NCBI RefSeq assembly: GCF_000020025.1
Contig: NC_010628.1
Coordinates: 7,680,001-7,712,000, forward strand
Direction: 5' to 3'
DNA: 32,000 nt
Origin: Nostoc punctiforme PCC 73102
Lineage (GTDB): Bacteria > Cyanobacteriota > Cyanobacteriia > Cyanobacteriales > Nostocaceae
Part shown: positions 7,194 to 16,716 of the stretch, one piece after another
Layout of the letters: every line of letters starts with the position of its first letter
How positions within the stretch are numbered: position 1 is the first letter of the stretch
The notes under the pieces: model-generated
What the model was told of the DNA's origin: nothing
Database searches by the model: none
The model's input: only the letters and a program-made list of their open reading frames with translations
Made by a program: the position numbers and the translations under genes

Positions 7194-8162
7194 ATGGATT
7201 TTAGTACTGCTCTACCTACTTTTGTAATAACGCTCCGAGAAGGAGTAGAAGCGGCCCTTGTTGTTGGGATCGTGCTAGCTTTGCTGAAAAAAGCTAAACA
7301 ATCCCGACTCAACTCTTGGGTATATGCTGGTATCGCCGTTGGCATTGTTGTCAGTGCTTTTATAGGTGTGCTATTCAGTTGGCTAATTCAAATACTGGGA
7401 GCAGCGAATCCTCAATACACCTCGGTAGTTGAACCAGCCTTGGAAGGTGTATTTAGCGTATTAGCGATCGCAATGCTCAGTTGGATGCTAATCTGGATGA
7501 CTAAACAAGCCAGATTCATGAAAGCTACGGTTGAAGGAGCAGTAACAGAAGCACTGACACAAAACTCAAATGCTGGCTGGGGTGTTTTTACTTTAATTTT
7601 AATTGCCGTTGTCCGCGAAGGCTTTGAAACTGTTCTGTTCGTTGCTGCTAATTTCCAACAGGGATTTATGCCAGCATTGGGTGCAATTGGTGGTTTGGTA
7701 GCAGCAACTGCCATTGGAGTGCTGCTATTTAAATGGGGTGTGAAAATTAACATCCGCCAGTTTTTCCAGGTAATGGGCGTTTTCTTAGTGTTGATTGTGG
7801 CTGGGTTAGTAGTTTCAGGCTTGAAACATTTTGACGAAGCTGTGGCGAACCTTGCTCTTAGCAGTCGTGCCACAGAAAGCCTGTGTTTCTATTACGAACG
7901 TTTTACAAGAGTACATTCTTGTATTTTGGGCCCAATGGTTTCAAATACTTCCACAATCTTGCCTGACGAACAATTTCCTGGGATTATTCTCAAATCTTTA
8001 TTTGGTTACAGAGACAATCTCTATCTTGTACAAGCAGTGGGATATGTGACGTTCTTACTCACCATTGGAGGATTGTATTTCCGCAGCCTTGGGGGTGCTT
8101 ATCCTGAAGGTAAAAAAAATATCCCCTTTGGTCAAAAACCAATTAGTTCTGCAAAAGATTAA
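7194..8162 (+). CDS. FTR1-family high-affinity iron permease (EfeU/FtrC-like)
   Basis: 322 aa, polytopic. Two REXXE motifs sit in TM segments (LREGVEAALV near the N-terminus and VREGFETVLF), which is the hallmark of Ftr1p/EfeU permeases. Confidence 0.9.
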   Translation: MDFSTALPTFVITLREGVEAALVVGIVLALLKKAKQSRLNSWVYAGIAVGIVVSAFIGVLFSWLIQILGAANPQYTSVVEPALEGVFSVLAIAMLSWMLIWMTKQARFMKATVEGAVTEALTQNSNAGWGVFTLILIAVVREGFETVLFVAANFQQGFMPALGAIGGLVAATAIGVLLFKWGVKINIRQFFQVMGVFLVLIVAGLVVSGLKHFDEAVANLALSSRATESLCFYYERFTRVHSCILGPMVSNTSTILPDEQFPGIILKSLFGYRDNLYLVQAVGYVTFLLTIGGLYFRSLGGAYPEGKKNIPFGQKPISSAKD

Positions 8163-8197
8163 AAGCACAGTCAGTTACCTCGTTTGCAGTCTCCCTC

Positions 8198-8220
8198 ATT
8201 CCCAGTCTATGACTGGGAAT
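8198..8220 (+). terminator. 10-bp-stem hairpin attcccagtc-tat-gactgggaat, 36 nt after the FTR1 stop; possible terminator or STRR-derived element
   Basis: Perfect inverted repeat read directly from the sequence. There is no clear U-tract (it is followed by cgcctttggg). Confidence 0.3.
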
Positions 8221-8364
8221 CGCCTTTGGGATAGCTACGCTAATGTCGATTCAAAAATAGCTGCCTTAGTTCAAGTCACAGTTAATATTTTTGCCATTGT
8301 AATTGAATACAAATGTTTTCAAGTAATACCAATTTGAAAAAATAATGCAACAAATAAACTATTT

Positions 8365-8391
8365 GTAGAGACGCAATTAATGCGTCTTTAG
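8365..8391. repeat. Degenerate copy of the palindromic small dispersed repeat GTAGAGACGCGATTAATCGCGTCTCTAC
   Basis: gtagagacgcaattaatgcgtctttag shares both arms (AGACGC / GCGTCT) and the TTAAT centre with the perfect copy at 30703-30730. Confidence 0.65.
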
Positions 8392-8441
8392 CCAAGGATG
8401 TGTTGCAATGATTAATTGAATCGGTATAATCAAAAAAGGAA

Positions 8442-8879
8442 ATGAGCAAAATTTTTATATTAAATGCCTTACTGTTACTTTCTCAAATACCCAATCAAGA
8501 AACAAAATTTTTAGATTTAAAAAATAAACTAGAAAAGAAAGGGTTTCAGGTAATCATTGCACTACCACCAAAGCGAGGAGCTTATGGTTTACTAAGAGAA
8601 GCTGACAAAAAAATCTGGATTAATCCCATAGTGTTTGAGTTACACATTGGGATTCAAACACTAATCCATGAAACTGTTCATGCAGCCCAGGTATGTGCCG
8701 GAAAAGGAAAAATAAAAACTTTAGGTTTAGACATTCAACCAAGCAATTATGCTCGACCATTTTTTAGACACTATACTGATGTCAAACGGCAAGATTTAGA
8801 AAAAGAAGCTTATGCAGTGCAAACTCAACCTAATAGTTTTGAATTAGCTATATCTCTTCTTCAACAACACTGTAAATAG
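8442..8879 (+). CDS. Small hypothetical protein with a hydrophobic N-terminus and an HExxH motif (zincin-like, resembles the DUF4157 pattern)
   Basis: 145 aa. The pattern is RGAYGLL...IWINP...LIHETVHAAQV. AAGGAA precedes the ATG. Confidence 0.55.
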   Translation: MSKIFILNALLLLSQIPNQETKFLDLKNKLEKKGFQVIIALPPKRGAYGLLREADKKIWINPIVFELHIGIQTLIHETVHAAQVCAGKGKIKTLGLDIQPSNYARPFFRHYTDVKRQDLEKEAYAVQTQPNSFELAISLLQQHCK

Positions 8880-9198
8880 CTAGTTTAGCAGATACAAAAG
8901 CTGAAGCACCTTTATTTAACTGCTTTGTAATACAAAGTGTTGTTGAGTAATAATATTAAGTGCAAAGAATGCTTTAAAACGCGAATTTATTAATGATTTT
9001 TTAATACAAAAAAACAATAAAAATGCTTTGCAGCAGTTTCAAATTAATTTGAATGTTGAAGTAATCATAGTAATTCTAAAATTCATGTTGTCTTACTATT
9101 GAGACACTGAAAAGCCTGTTTTATCAGGGTTTTATCTAAAATCACCTCCGATAAATGCATCCTTTATTGATTGTTATCCCAGTATCGAGCTAAGTGCC

Positions 9199-10125
9199 CT
9201 ATGCTGCAAATAATACTTGCTTAAGCTGCTGACAAGCCTTTTCAATTGCATCTATACTACCTGGATTCACCAAACCAAAATAATCAAACACATAAACTCG
9301 ATTATTTTTAGTTGCTTGTAGTTGCTGCCAAAAAGCTTCCTTTTTCAGTGAATCTAAAAGTGCTGCTTCTGAATTCCCTTGTGGGGGATTAACCAAAATT
9401 ATTACCTCTGGATTTGCTTCTAAAACTTTCTCAGCAGAAAGCGTCACATAACCACCAATTGGACTTTTTCCTTGTAAATCTGCTGCTATATTTTTCGCCT
9501 GAAATTTTGCCAACAAATCCCCTGCCCAACTATTTTTATTCGGCGCTAAGATTGGTTGACGACTAACCAGCGCTAGAGTAGAAAAACCTTGAGTTGGCTT
9601 TTCTGGCAAGAAAGTTTTATAACGATTTAACAAAGGCAGAGGATCAGCATCAATTGATTTAGCAAGAGTTTTAGTAAGTTCTTCTAGAGATTCCCAGTTA
9701 TTCACCTTAGTGAGAAAGGTGTTAATTCCTAGCTGCTGAAGTTTTTGAATTGGGATGTTAGAAAAACCTTCTGCACCAATAACTAAATCTGGTTTGAGTG
9801 CTACTATTTTCTCTAAATTGGGTGGGCTTTGTCCTTCACTAACACGGGGAATATCTTTGAATTTTGAGTCATTTTTAAATAATTTGCTACCAGTGATTCC
9901 GACAATTTTTGTGGAATTAAGTCGAGAGATGATATCAGCAGAAAGAGAAGAAAGAGCAACAACTCTTTTTACCGATCCTGTTGGTAGTTGTTGAGAATTT
10001 GCGTTTATCGTCTCAGTAGGGTTTGTGACTTTTATTTGTGACTGCTGAGTGGTTGCAGTCGTGCAAGCAGCTAAAACTATACTCATCAAAAGTGCTAAAG
10101 CAGATAAGAGCCAACGACGATGCAT
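9199..10125 (-). CDS. ABC-transporter periplasmic substrate-binding lipoprotein, class III (FecB/BtuF/FhuD-like; iron-siderophore or cobalamin type)
   Basis: 308 aa with a lipobox LAAC. Family-typical stretches are present: RVVALSSLSADIISRL, ...NLEKIVALKPDLVIG..., EANPEVIIL..., VYVFD. Confidence 0.8.
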   Translation of the reverse strand: MHRRWLLSALALLMSIVLAACTTATTQQSQIKVTNPTETINANSQQLPTGSVKRVVALSSLSADIISRLNSTKIVGITGSKLFKNDSKFKDIPRVSEGQSPPNLEKIVALKPDLVIGAEGFSNIPIQKLQQLGINTFLTKVNNWESLEELTKTLAKSIDADPLPLLNRYKTFLPEKPTQGFSTLALVSRQPILAPNKNSWAGDLLAKFQAKNIAADLQGKSPIGGYVTLSAEKVLEANPEVIILVNPPQGNSEAALLDSLKKEAFWQQLQATKNNRVYVFDYFGLVNPGSIDAIEKACQQLKQVLFAA

Positions 10126-10573
10126 ATTAAAATTCCTTCTGGGGTAAGAATTGTATAAGAAGCATACTCAGCAACACATTCAAAAATCGTCAATGTAGCT
10201 TTTAGCAATATAGCTATAAAGTACCAAACTGGATCGACGAAGCCAGAGATTGAAAAGATGTGGCTAATGGCAACAACTAAAAGTCAAGCTATTCTTGCTT
10301 CAAAAAAACTACTGATTTTGGCAGATTTTGACTAACTAAGGTAGAGGCGGAATCTACCCAATAGTAGACTAGGCTTGCTTTGTATTCAGATGTTTTATAC
10401 TTCCTTATATGCGTTTATGTCTTTATAAAAAAATGCGGCAACACAAATAGGGCTTAGGCAGTCTTGAAAAAATAGGTTTTAAACCCTTGCTGCTTACTTA
10501 TATAATTCGATACACGTTACCTACAATTATCTAAATTGGGGTCGATGATTATTGTGTCCATCTACTGGTAGAT

Positions 10574-12073
10574 ATGTCTAACCATCCTTTAAGCGTTGCA
10601 AGATCAACATTATTTTGGCGGCGTATATTTGCTGTTCTTTTCACTACTAGTTCGTTGCTCCCTAACTTTGGAACCGAACCAGCAAGCGCGCAAGTAACCC
10701 AATATTGTCAGTTATCATCGCCGGCGGCGAAAGAAAAAGAAAACTTACGTTTATCAGCTCTTAAAGGCAATCAAGATGCCCAAACCCGCTACCAAAACTT
10801 AATAAAAAAACAGGCACAGGAATTACAGGAGTGCCGCACTCGGACTTGGCCACAAATCCAAGCTGTCTGGTTACGCTTGTATCCTTGTGACATTCAGCCA
10901 GGAATAGTTGACCAGATTATGGATCGGATTGTCAACCGTGGCTATAACCAAGTGTATGTGGAAGTATTTTATGACGGGCAGGCATTATTACCAGCAAAAG
11001 CTAACCCGACAGCTTGGCCTTCTGTAATTCGCACTCCAGGGACAGAAAACGCTGACTTACTCGCCACAGCAATTCAAAAAGGCCGGCAACGTGGTTTGAA
11101 GGTCTACGCCTGGATGTTTACTAACAATTTCGGCTATACTTACGCCCAGCGACGAGATAGAGAAAGTGCGATCGCTCGAAATGGCAAAGGTCAAACGAGC
11201 CTATATGTGGTAGATAACGGCTCTCAAGTATTTATCGACCCCTACAACTCGCAAGCAAAAAGCGACTACTACCAATTAGTAAAAGAAGTTTTGCGCCGTC
11301 GTCCAGATGGCTTGCTATTAGACTATGTGCGCTATCCGCGCCAAGCAGGAAGTGATTCCATCGCCACCAAAGTTTCAGATTTATGGCTATTTAGTCCTGC
11401 AATTCAAGAAGCTTTATTTAAACGGGCACTGAATTATAAAGGACTGGACTTAATTCGACGCTATTTGAGCAAGGGATATGTCACCGCCGGAGATATCGCG
11501 GAAATCGATCAACTTTATCCCCAGGAAGGGGAACCGCTTTGGCAAGGACGCATTCCTCCACCAGCGCAAAAATCAATTCTGTCTGCAACCGACAGACAAC
11601 CACTTTTGCAATGGGAATTGTGGCAGCTAGCAGTTGCTCACGCCATGCAAGGAATTCTAGATTTTGTCAATATAGCCAGTTACCCAGCAAAGCAGCAAGG
11701 TGTTTCCACGGGAGTAGTGTTTTTCCCTGATGGCAACCAAACTGTAGGACAAGGGTATGATTCTCGCTTACAACCTTGGGATCGCTTCCCCACTACATTA
11801 GAGTGGCATCCCATGTCTTATGGGAATTGCGGTAATGTCACTTGTATTGTGGCGCAAGTGAAACGGGTTTTGAGTATGACAAAACCAGGTACAAAAGTGA
11901 TTCCAGCTTTAGCTGGCAAATGGGGAGAATCGGTCAGTAATCGTCCATCCCTTGAAGTGCAAATGCAGGCACTCCGACAATTTGCGCCCCAACTGAAGGG
12001 AGTTAGCCATTTTGCCTATTCTTGGCAATATCCTGAAAATGATAACGATCGCAAATTTTGCCGCATTCGGTAA
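10574..12073 (+). CDS. Secreted GHL10/UPF0748 (YngK/YddW-like) glycoside-hydrolase-like protein
   Basis: 499 aa with a signal peptide. TIM-barrel-type motifs of this family are present: AVWLRL..., RGYNQVYVEVFYDGQALLP, RGLKVYAWMF, GLLLDYVRYP. Confidence 0.65.
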   Translation: MSNHPLSVARSTLFWRRIFAVLFTTSSLLPNFGTEPASAQVTQYCQLSSPAAKEKENLRLSALKGNQDAQTRYQNLIKKQAQELQECRTRTWPQIQAVWLRLYPCDIQPGIVDQIMDRIVNRGYNQVYVEVFYDGQALLPAKANPTAWPSVIRTPGTENADLLATAIQKGRQRGLKVYAWMFTNNFGYTYAQRRDRESAIARNGKGQTSLYVVDNGSQVFIDPYNSQAKSDYYQLVKEVLRRRPDGLLLDYVRYPRQAGSDSIATKVSDLWLFSPAIQEALFKRALNYKGLDLIRRYLSKGYVTAGDIAEIDQLYPQEGEPLWQGRIPPPAQKSILSATDRQPLLQWELWQLAVAHAMQGILDFVNIASYPAKQQGVSTGVVFFPDGNQTVGQGYDSRLQPWDRFPTTLEWHPMSYGNCGNVTCIVAQVKRVLSMTKPGTKVIPALAGKWGESVSNRPSLEVQMQALRQFAPQLKGVSHFAYSWQYPENDNDRKFCRIR

Positions 12074-12115
12074 ATAACATAATTCAAGAGGGGCTAAATG
12101 TCCCGCTACCGCTAA

Positions 12116-12177
12116 CAGAATTCAGAAGGAAAATTTCCCTCATTTACCTTATTCCCACTAATTGATTCTGAATTCTG
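12116..12177. terminator. 12-bp inverted repeat (cagaattcagaa ... ttctgaattctg) between the convergent GHL10-like and mobA genes; possible bidirectional terminator
   Basis: Arms at 12116-12127 and 12166-12177, read directly. A nested ggaaaAtttcc palindrome lies at about 12128-12138. The 38-nt loop makes the call weak. Confidence 0.25.
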
Positions 12178-12189
12178 GAGCTTCTTCAA

Positions 12190-12801
12190 CTAACTTAAAG
12201 CCAAATCTTCTGGTGTATTACAGTTAAACAGCATTTCGGGTTCTGCAAAAGGCAAAACTTCCACAGGATATTGCCGCAGCCATTGCTGAAACGATCGCCC
12301 CTCTTGATTGATAAACTCTAAAAGTTGTGGCAAACAGCGACGGCGATAGAAACCACACAGAGGTTCCCACCCTTTGGGATTATGAGCTAAAGCTGCGATC
12401 GCATTATCCCCCACGCTATCAAGTCTAGTTACCCAATCTTGCAACACCTCAACCCGCAACCTCGGCAAATCGCAAGCTAGCAATAATACCCATTCTGTTT
12501 GCACTTCGGCTAGTCCTTGGGCAAAACCGACTAAAGGCCCGTGGAATATAGATTCTCCAGATAAAGGTACTTCTCGGATAAATTGGCAACCAGGCAAAAG
12601 CAAATCTTGATAGCGTTCTGGCCAGGGAGTTACTACATAAACAGCCTCAGTACAGCTTTCAGCAATCCCACAAACTCGCTGTAACAACGGCACTCCTTGA
12701 ATGGGAATCAAGGCTTTATCTTGACCCATCCGAGAACTTTTACCGCCTGCTAATACAATTGCTGTTAATTCGCTTCTGGTCGTCATTGCCTCATGCCCCA
12801 T
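12190..12801 (-). CDS. mobA: Molybdenum cofactor guanylyltransferase MobA
   Basis: N-terminal LTAIVLAGGKSSRMGQDKALIPIQGVPLLQRV is the MobA nucleotide-binding signature. The ORF track starts at a TTG (12831). In-frame ATGs lie at 12801 (GGAG 8 nt upstream) and 12786. I chose 12801 and the exact start is uncertain. Confidence 0.85.
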   Translation of the reverse strand: MGHEAMTTRSELTAIVLAGGKSSRMGQDKALIPIQGVPLLQRVCGIAESCTEAVYVVTPWPERYQDLLLPGCQFIREVPLSGESIFHGPLVGFAQGLAEVQTEWVLLLACDLPRLRVEVLQDWVTRLDSVGDNAIAALAHNPKGWEPLCGFYRRRCLPQLLEFINQEGRSFQQWLRQYPVEVLPFAEPEMLFNCNTPEDLALS

Positions 12802-12837
12802 ACTTCGACTCCGCTCAGTACAAGTGCCCAATGCCCA

Positions 12838-14895
12838 TCATCCCCGATTTTGACTTTTCTCTACTTGCTGCAATAAATGCTCTACGCTTTCTGCTGGTGC
12901 AAGACACTTCAAACCTTGGCAAACTAAGCCAACGCTTCCCTCTGGTAAATCAGATGTTACGGCAAATACAGCCGTTGGTAGAAACTTGGGGATCAGCGAG
13001 TTTATTTGCTCAGTGGTGCTACGAATCAAGGTAGAATTACGATACCAATCCAAAGCTGTAAACAAGCTGGGACAAGCTTGGGGAGCGCGATGCATTACAC
13101 TCTTAAAAGCTTTCAAACCAAGTTCCGCTAAATCCAAATAATCTAGATTATCGGTGAGTAAAGCGAGACGGACAAGATTAGCGATCGCAATTCCATTGGC
13201 TGATGGTGTCGCATTATCAGCATAGCTACGTTCTCTAACAATTAAATCTTGACTAGAATCGCTTGATGTGTTAAAGTAACCACCTAATTCCACACTCCAG
13301 AGAAATTCGGTAAATTCATCTTGAATAGCGATCGCATTTTCTAACCATTGCTTATGCTCAGGATTGGAAGCTTGTAAATCTAGCAGAGCTTTAACAAAGA
13401 AAGCATAATCTTCAGACTGGGCTAAAACAGTTGGTTCTCCTTGATAGTTGAGTCGCTGGAAACGCCCATCAACAAACTGATTTTCCAAGATAAAATTCGC
13501 TGCTCGTGCTGCTAATTCCAAATATAGTGGTTGTTGGAAAACCCCAGCAGCCTTAGCCAGCCCGGAAATCATCAAGCTATTCCAGGCGACAATCATCTTC
13601 GTATCTGTCACCGAGGGAATGCGACCTGGCCAATTAGTGGTTTTTGCTTCTTGGTTGTTACAAGCCGGGGGAAAAGTTTCTAGCAACTCAGAACTAACGC
13701 CATAGCGAGCGGTAAACAGCTTGCTCAGTGAGGTTTCTAGCGTTGCACTCAGTTTGCCAGAATTCCTTCTTTGTAAAACATTACGTCCTTCAAAGTTGCC
13801 GTTAGGGGTAACAGTAAATTGTTGTTGTAATTCCGTTAATTCTTCAGGCGTTAACAGTTGTTGGACTTCGCTGTAACTCCAAACATAAAAAGCTCCTTCT
13901 TCTGGTTCTACCGCCGTGGGTTCAGTAAAGCTGTCGGCATCTTGAGAAGCATAGAAGTAACCTTCCGGTGCGGTCATTTCTCGCTTTAGCCATTGTACAG
14001 TAACAGCAACTGCTCTCTCAAACGCTGGTTCCTGTACTCCTGCACTCCATAGATTTGCTATATACTCCACAATCTGTCCATTGTCGTAGAGCATCTTTTC
14101 AAAATGCGGTACTGTCCAAGTCGGGTCAACAGTATAGCGATGAAAACCACCACCTACATGGTCATAAATGCCTCCCAGCGCTAAGTCTAGTCCTCGCTGG
14201 GTACAAACTTGCTTGCCATCATAACGAGATTCAAAATTAAATCGAGTTCCCCGCAGTGCTAATTCTGTATAAGGAATCATCGGAAAGCTATTACCAGATT
14301 GACCAGGAGTAATTACACCTGTGCTGGTTTCCCAACCTTGGCGGAGTAATTCACGGTCTTCAAGCTCATCTGTTGTACCATCTTGCAACACCGCAGACGT
14401 GAGCAGAGACTCAATAATTAAGGCTTTGCGTTGCTGTAATTCTGCTTTTTCGGTATCGTAATAACGGCGAAGGGCTTGCAACACCTGCAAAAATCCAGGA
14501 CGACCATAGCGTGGGTCTACAGGGAAATAAGTCCCAGCGTAAAACGGCACTAAATCTTCTGGAGAAAGAAAAATATTCAAAGGCCAACCCCCTTGACCGC
14601 TCATCATCTGCAAAGCTTGCATATAGATGCTATCGAGGTCAGGTCTTTCTTCCCTGTCTACTTTGATGGGAAGATAATTAGCATTCATGTAGTCAGCGAT
14701 CGCACTATCAGAAAAAGCTTCGCCTTCCATGACAGTACACCAATGGCAACTAGAGTAGCCAATGGAAAGAAAAATCGGTTTATTTTGCGCCCTTGCAGTT
14801 GCAAGCGCTTCGTCACACCAAGGCCACCAATCAATGGGGTTTTCGGCGTGTTTGCGGAGATAGAGGCTCTTAGCTTCAGCAAGGCGATTAGTCAT
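12838..14895 (-). CDS. Thioredoxin-domain protein of the DUF255/YyaL family (N-terminal thioredoxin-like domain plus C-terminal alpha/alpha-toroid domain)
   Basis: [43 protein letters not shown] is the canonical DUF255 N-terminus. The ORF-track start at 14907 is a TTG, so I use the first ATG at 14895 ([10 protein letters not shown]...). Confidence 0.88.
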   Translation of the reverse strand: MTNRLAEAKSLYLRKHAENPIDWWPWCDEALATARAQNKPIFLSIGYSSCHWCTVMEGEAFSDSAIADYMNANYLPIKVDREERPDLDSIYMQALQMMSGQGGWPLNIFLSPEDLVPFYAGTYFPVDPRYGRPGFLQVLQALRRYYDTEKAELQQRKALIIESLLTSAVLQDGTTDELEDRELLRQGWETSTGVITPGQSGNSFPMIPYTELALRGTRFNFESRYDGKQVCTQRGLDLALGGIYDHVGGGFHRYTVDPTWTVPHFEKMLYDNGQIVEYIANLWSAGVQEPAFERAVAVTVQWLKREMTAPEGYFYASQDADSFTEPTAVEPEEGAFYVWSYSEVQQLLTPEELTELQQQFTVTPNGNFEGRNVLQRRNSGKLSATLETSLSKLFTARYGVSSELLETFPPACNNQEAKTTNWPGRIPSVTDTKMIVAWNSLMISGLAKAAGVFQQPLYLELAARAANFILENQFVDGRFQRLNYQGEPTVLAQSEDYAFFVKALLDLQASNPEHKQWLENAIAIQDEFTEFLWSVELGGYFNTSSDSSQDLIVRERSYADNATPSANGIAIANLVRLALLTDNLDYLDLAELGLKAFKSVMHRAPQACPSLFTALDWYRNSTLIRSTTEQINSLIPKFLPTAVFAVTSDLPEGSVGLVCQGLKCLAPAESVEHLLQQVEKSQNRG

Positions 14896-15559
14896 GATCA
14901 AATGCAAATAGTTGCCTTCTTTGCTCAGTCTACCTTGTTCCCAAGACTGTTAACCTAGACAGCTATGTATATGCAAGATAATCCTACAAGCGACTTACCC
15001 CTTGGGTAGGAGGTAGTAGTGCATGTCTTTAAATCGCCGACACCTGTGTAAGTTGTGAAATATTTTTACTGAAAAGATCGCAATAGCAAGCTGACAATAT
15101 TTGGTGGCGTTTCTGGCACAGGTGATGCTGTCTTTGACTGAATTAAAGCATTTGGGCTAAGTCCTGCTATCAGGTGGAGCAAGAAGGTGATGATGGCGGC
15201 TTGTATAAGTTTTTCCAGCATGGCACGTCTCTCTCTGAGTGGATAGCATTTCAATTAGGACTGGTTATTCTGAATACACCTCGTACTATCGATTTACCGA
15301 ATCTAACAAAAATAACTTGATAATTGCTGAGGGAAATCCTAAAAAAATGTTTAAAATGTTACAGAAATTTAACACAAGTCCCTAAGCAAGTTTGATTTCG
15401 GTTATCGGTTTAATGACTACATCGCCAAAGTTATCTAGCAAAGGTCGAGATGATGAAATTGGCGATAATTAGAGTTTTTTGATTTGTTCTTCCCTGCATG
15501 GGATATTCTCTTAGACAGCTTTTGCGGCTAAAAAGTGCCCTTAGAGGTTGAAAAAGAGG

Positions 15560-15860
15560 CAAGGGAGCAGGGAGCAGGCTTGCCGTGAGCGTAGCCGAAC
15601 GGGGGCAGAGGGCAGGTGGTCACTGAGCGTAGCCGAAGTGGAGCAAGGGAAAATGTTGAAGCAGGCAACAGAAGCAATTCATTTATAAGATTCGACCCCG
15701 GATGAATTGAAACCACTGAAGTTTCGTACCCTGCGGGAAGCTGACGCAACAGTGTTCTTGTGTTAAAACCTTTCCCTGGTTGGTCGTGGCAGGAAACAGA
15801 TAGCGCCGGCGGCAAGCGAGTCTGCGAACGCGTTGCGTCTCGTAGAGAGCGTCGGGCAGT
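15560..15860. repeat. Cluster of GC-rich short dispersed repeats
   Basis: The 14-mer tgagcgtagccgaa occurs twice (15586-15599, 15624-15637). taccctgcgggaagc (15727-15741) is the reverse complement of 7128-7142. gatagcgccggcggcaagcgagtc...gcgtctcgtagaga (15799-15851) recurs at 24149-24279. cttgctccactt-type sequence also recurs near 18650. Confidence 0.75.
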
Positions 15861-15985
15861 TTTCCTCATGGCTCCTGCTTTTCTTGATAAAGGTTGAAGT
15901 TATTTGCGTGAGAACAGTAGAGATAAACCCCAGTTTCGTGCTGTCACCGATAAAATGTATTTAAAGTAGCCACAAACACGCTTCC

Positions 15986-16597
15986 ATGATTCCTATCGTT
16001 ATTGAACAATCGGGTCGAGGTGAACGCGCCTTTGACATCTACTCACGGCTGTTACGTGAGCGCATCATCTTTTTGGGACAACAAGTTGACAACAACATTG
16101 CTAACTTGATTGTTGCCCAACTGCTGTATTTGGATGCTGAAGACCCGGAGAAGGACATTTATATGTACATCAATTCTCCCGGTGGTTCGGTGACGGCTGG
16201 TATGGGCATTTTTGACACTATGAAACATATTCGCCCTGATGTCTGTACAATTTGTACAGGATTGGCGGCGAGTATGGGCGCTTTCCTCCTCAGCGCGGGT
16301 GCTAAGGGTAAGCGGATGAGTTTACCCCATTCTCGGATTATGATTCATCAACCTCTCGGTGGCGCTCAAGGACAGGCGACTGATATTGAAATTCAGGCGC
16401 GGGAAATTCTGTACCACAAAAAGCGGCTAAATGACTATTTAGCCGACCATACAGGTCAACCAATTGAGCGCATTGCTGAAGATACTGAACGTGACTTCTT
16501 CATGTCACCAGAGGAAGCCAGGGAATACGGTTTGATTGACCAAGTGATTGACCGCCACGCTGCTGGTAGCCGTCCAGCTGTTGCTGCTGTGAATTAA
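15986..16597 (+). CDS. clpP: ATP-dependent Clp protease proteolytic subunit ClpP
   Basis: 203 aa: [27 protein letters not shown]...[18 protein letters not shown]...[11 protein letters not shown]...IMIHQP. The Ser/His catalytic context is intact. The gene stands alone, with no clpX or clpR adjacent. Confidence 0.97.
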   Translation: MIPIVIEQSGRGERAFDIYSRLLRERIIFLGQQVDNNIANLIVAQLLYLDAEDPEKDIYMYINSPGGSVTAGMGIFDTMKHIRPDVCTICTGLAASMGAFLLSAGAKGKRMSLPHSRIMIHQPLGGAQGQATDIEIQAREILYHKKRLNDYLADHTGQPIERIAEDTERDFFMSPEEAREYGLIDQVIDRHAAGSRPAVAAVN

Positions 16598-16652
16598 TAA
16601 TCACGATTGGTAAATGGTGATTTACCACTTTTAATTCCCTTAAACCTCAAAA

Positions 16653-16690
16653 ATAACCCCTCTTCATAACTGAAGAGGGGTTATTTGAGT
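16653..16690. terminator. Rho-independent-type terminator: 14-bp stem ataacccctcttca / tgaagaggggttat, loop taac, followed by tttgag. It lies between convergent genes and may act in both directions.
   Basis: Arms at 16653-16666 and 16671-16684, read directly. It is 56 nt after the clpP stop and about 30 nt after the stop of the 16717-17244 gene on the other strand. Confidence 0.8.
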
Positions 16691-16716
16691 TCAAAACTTG
16701 ATTTAGAAGTTGCAAA

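Noticed and set aside
6216-8337. ORFs 6216-6434 (-), 7088-7345 (-), 7412-7873 (-), 7831-8049 (+) and 8065-8337 (+)
   Set aside because: They are alternative-frame or antisense ORFs within, or spilling out of, the lipoprotein and FTR1 genes or the heptamer repeats. None has a recognisable motif.
9755-14958. ORFs 9755-9994 (+), 11539-11730 (+), 12759-13034 (+), 14055-14240 (+), 14593-14958 (+) and 14685-14882 (-)
   Set aside because: All are embedded in, or antisense to, confidently identified genes (binding protein, GHL10-like, mobA, DUF255).
15066-15254. 62-aa minus-strand ORF (51 aa from the ATG at 15221: MLEKLIQAAIITFLLHLIAG...)
   Set aside because: It could be a small one-TM protein. However, it has no clear RBS, a TTG start in the track model, and nothing recognisable. 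Evidence is too thin to call.
15700-15715. An isolated gaattgaaac motif resembling the CRISPR repeat 3' end
   Set aside because: It is a single occurrence with no periodic partner 72 nt away, embedded in the dispersed-repeat cluster.
15528-15869. 113-aa minus-strand ORF
   Set aside because: It is composed mainly of GC-rich dispersed repeat units and has an Arg/Ser/Pro-rich translation. I treat it as repeat DNA.
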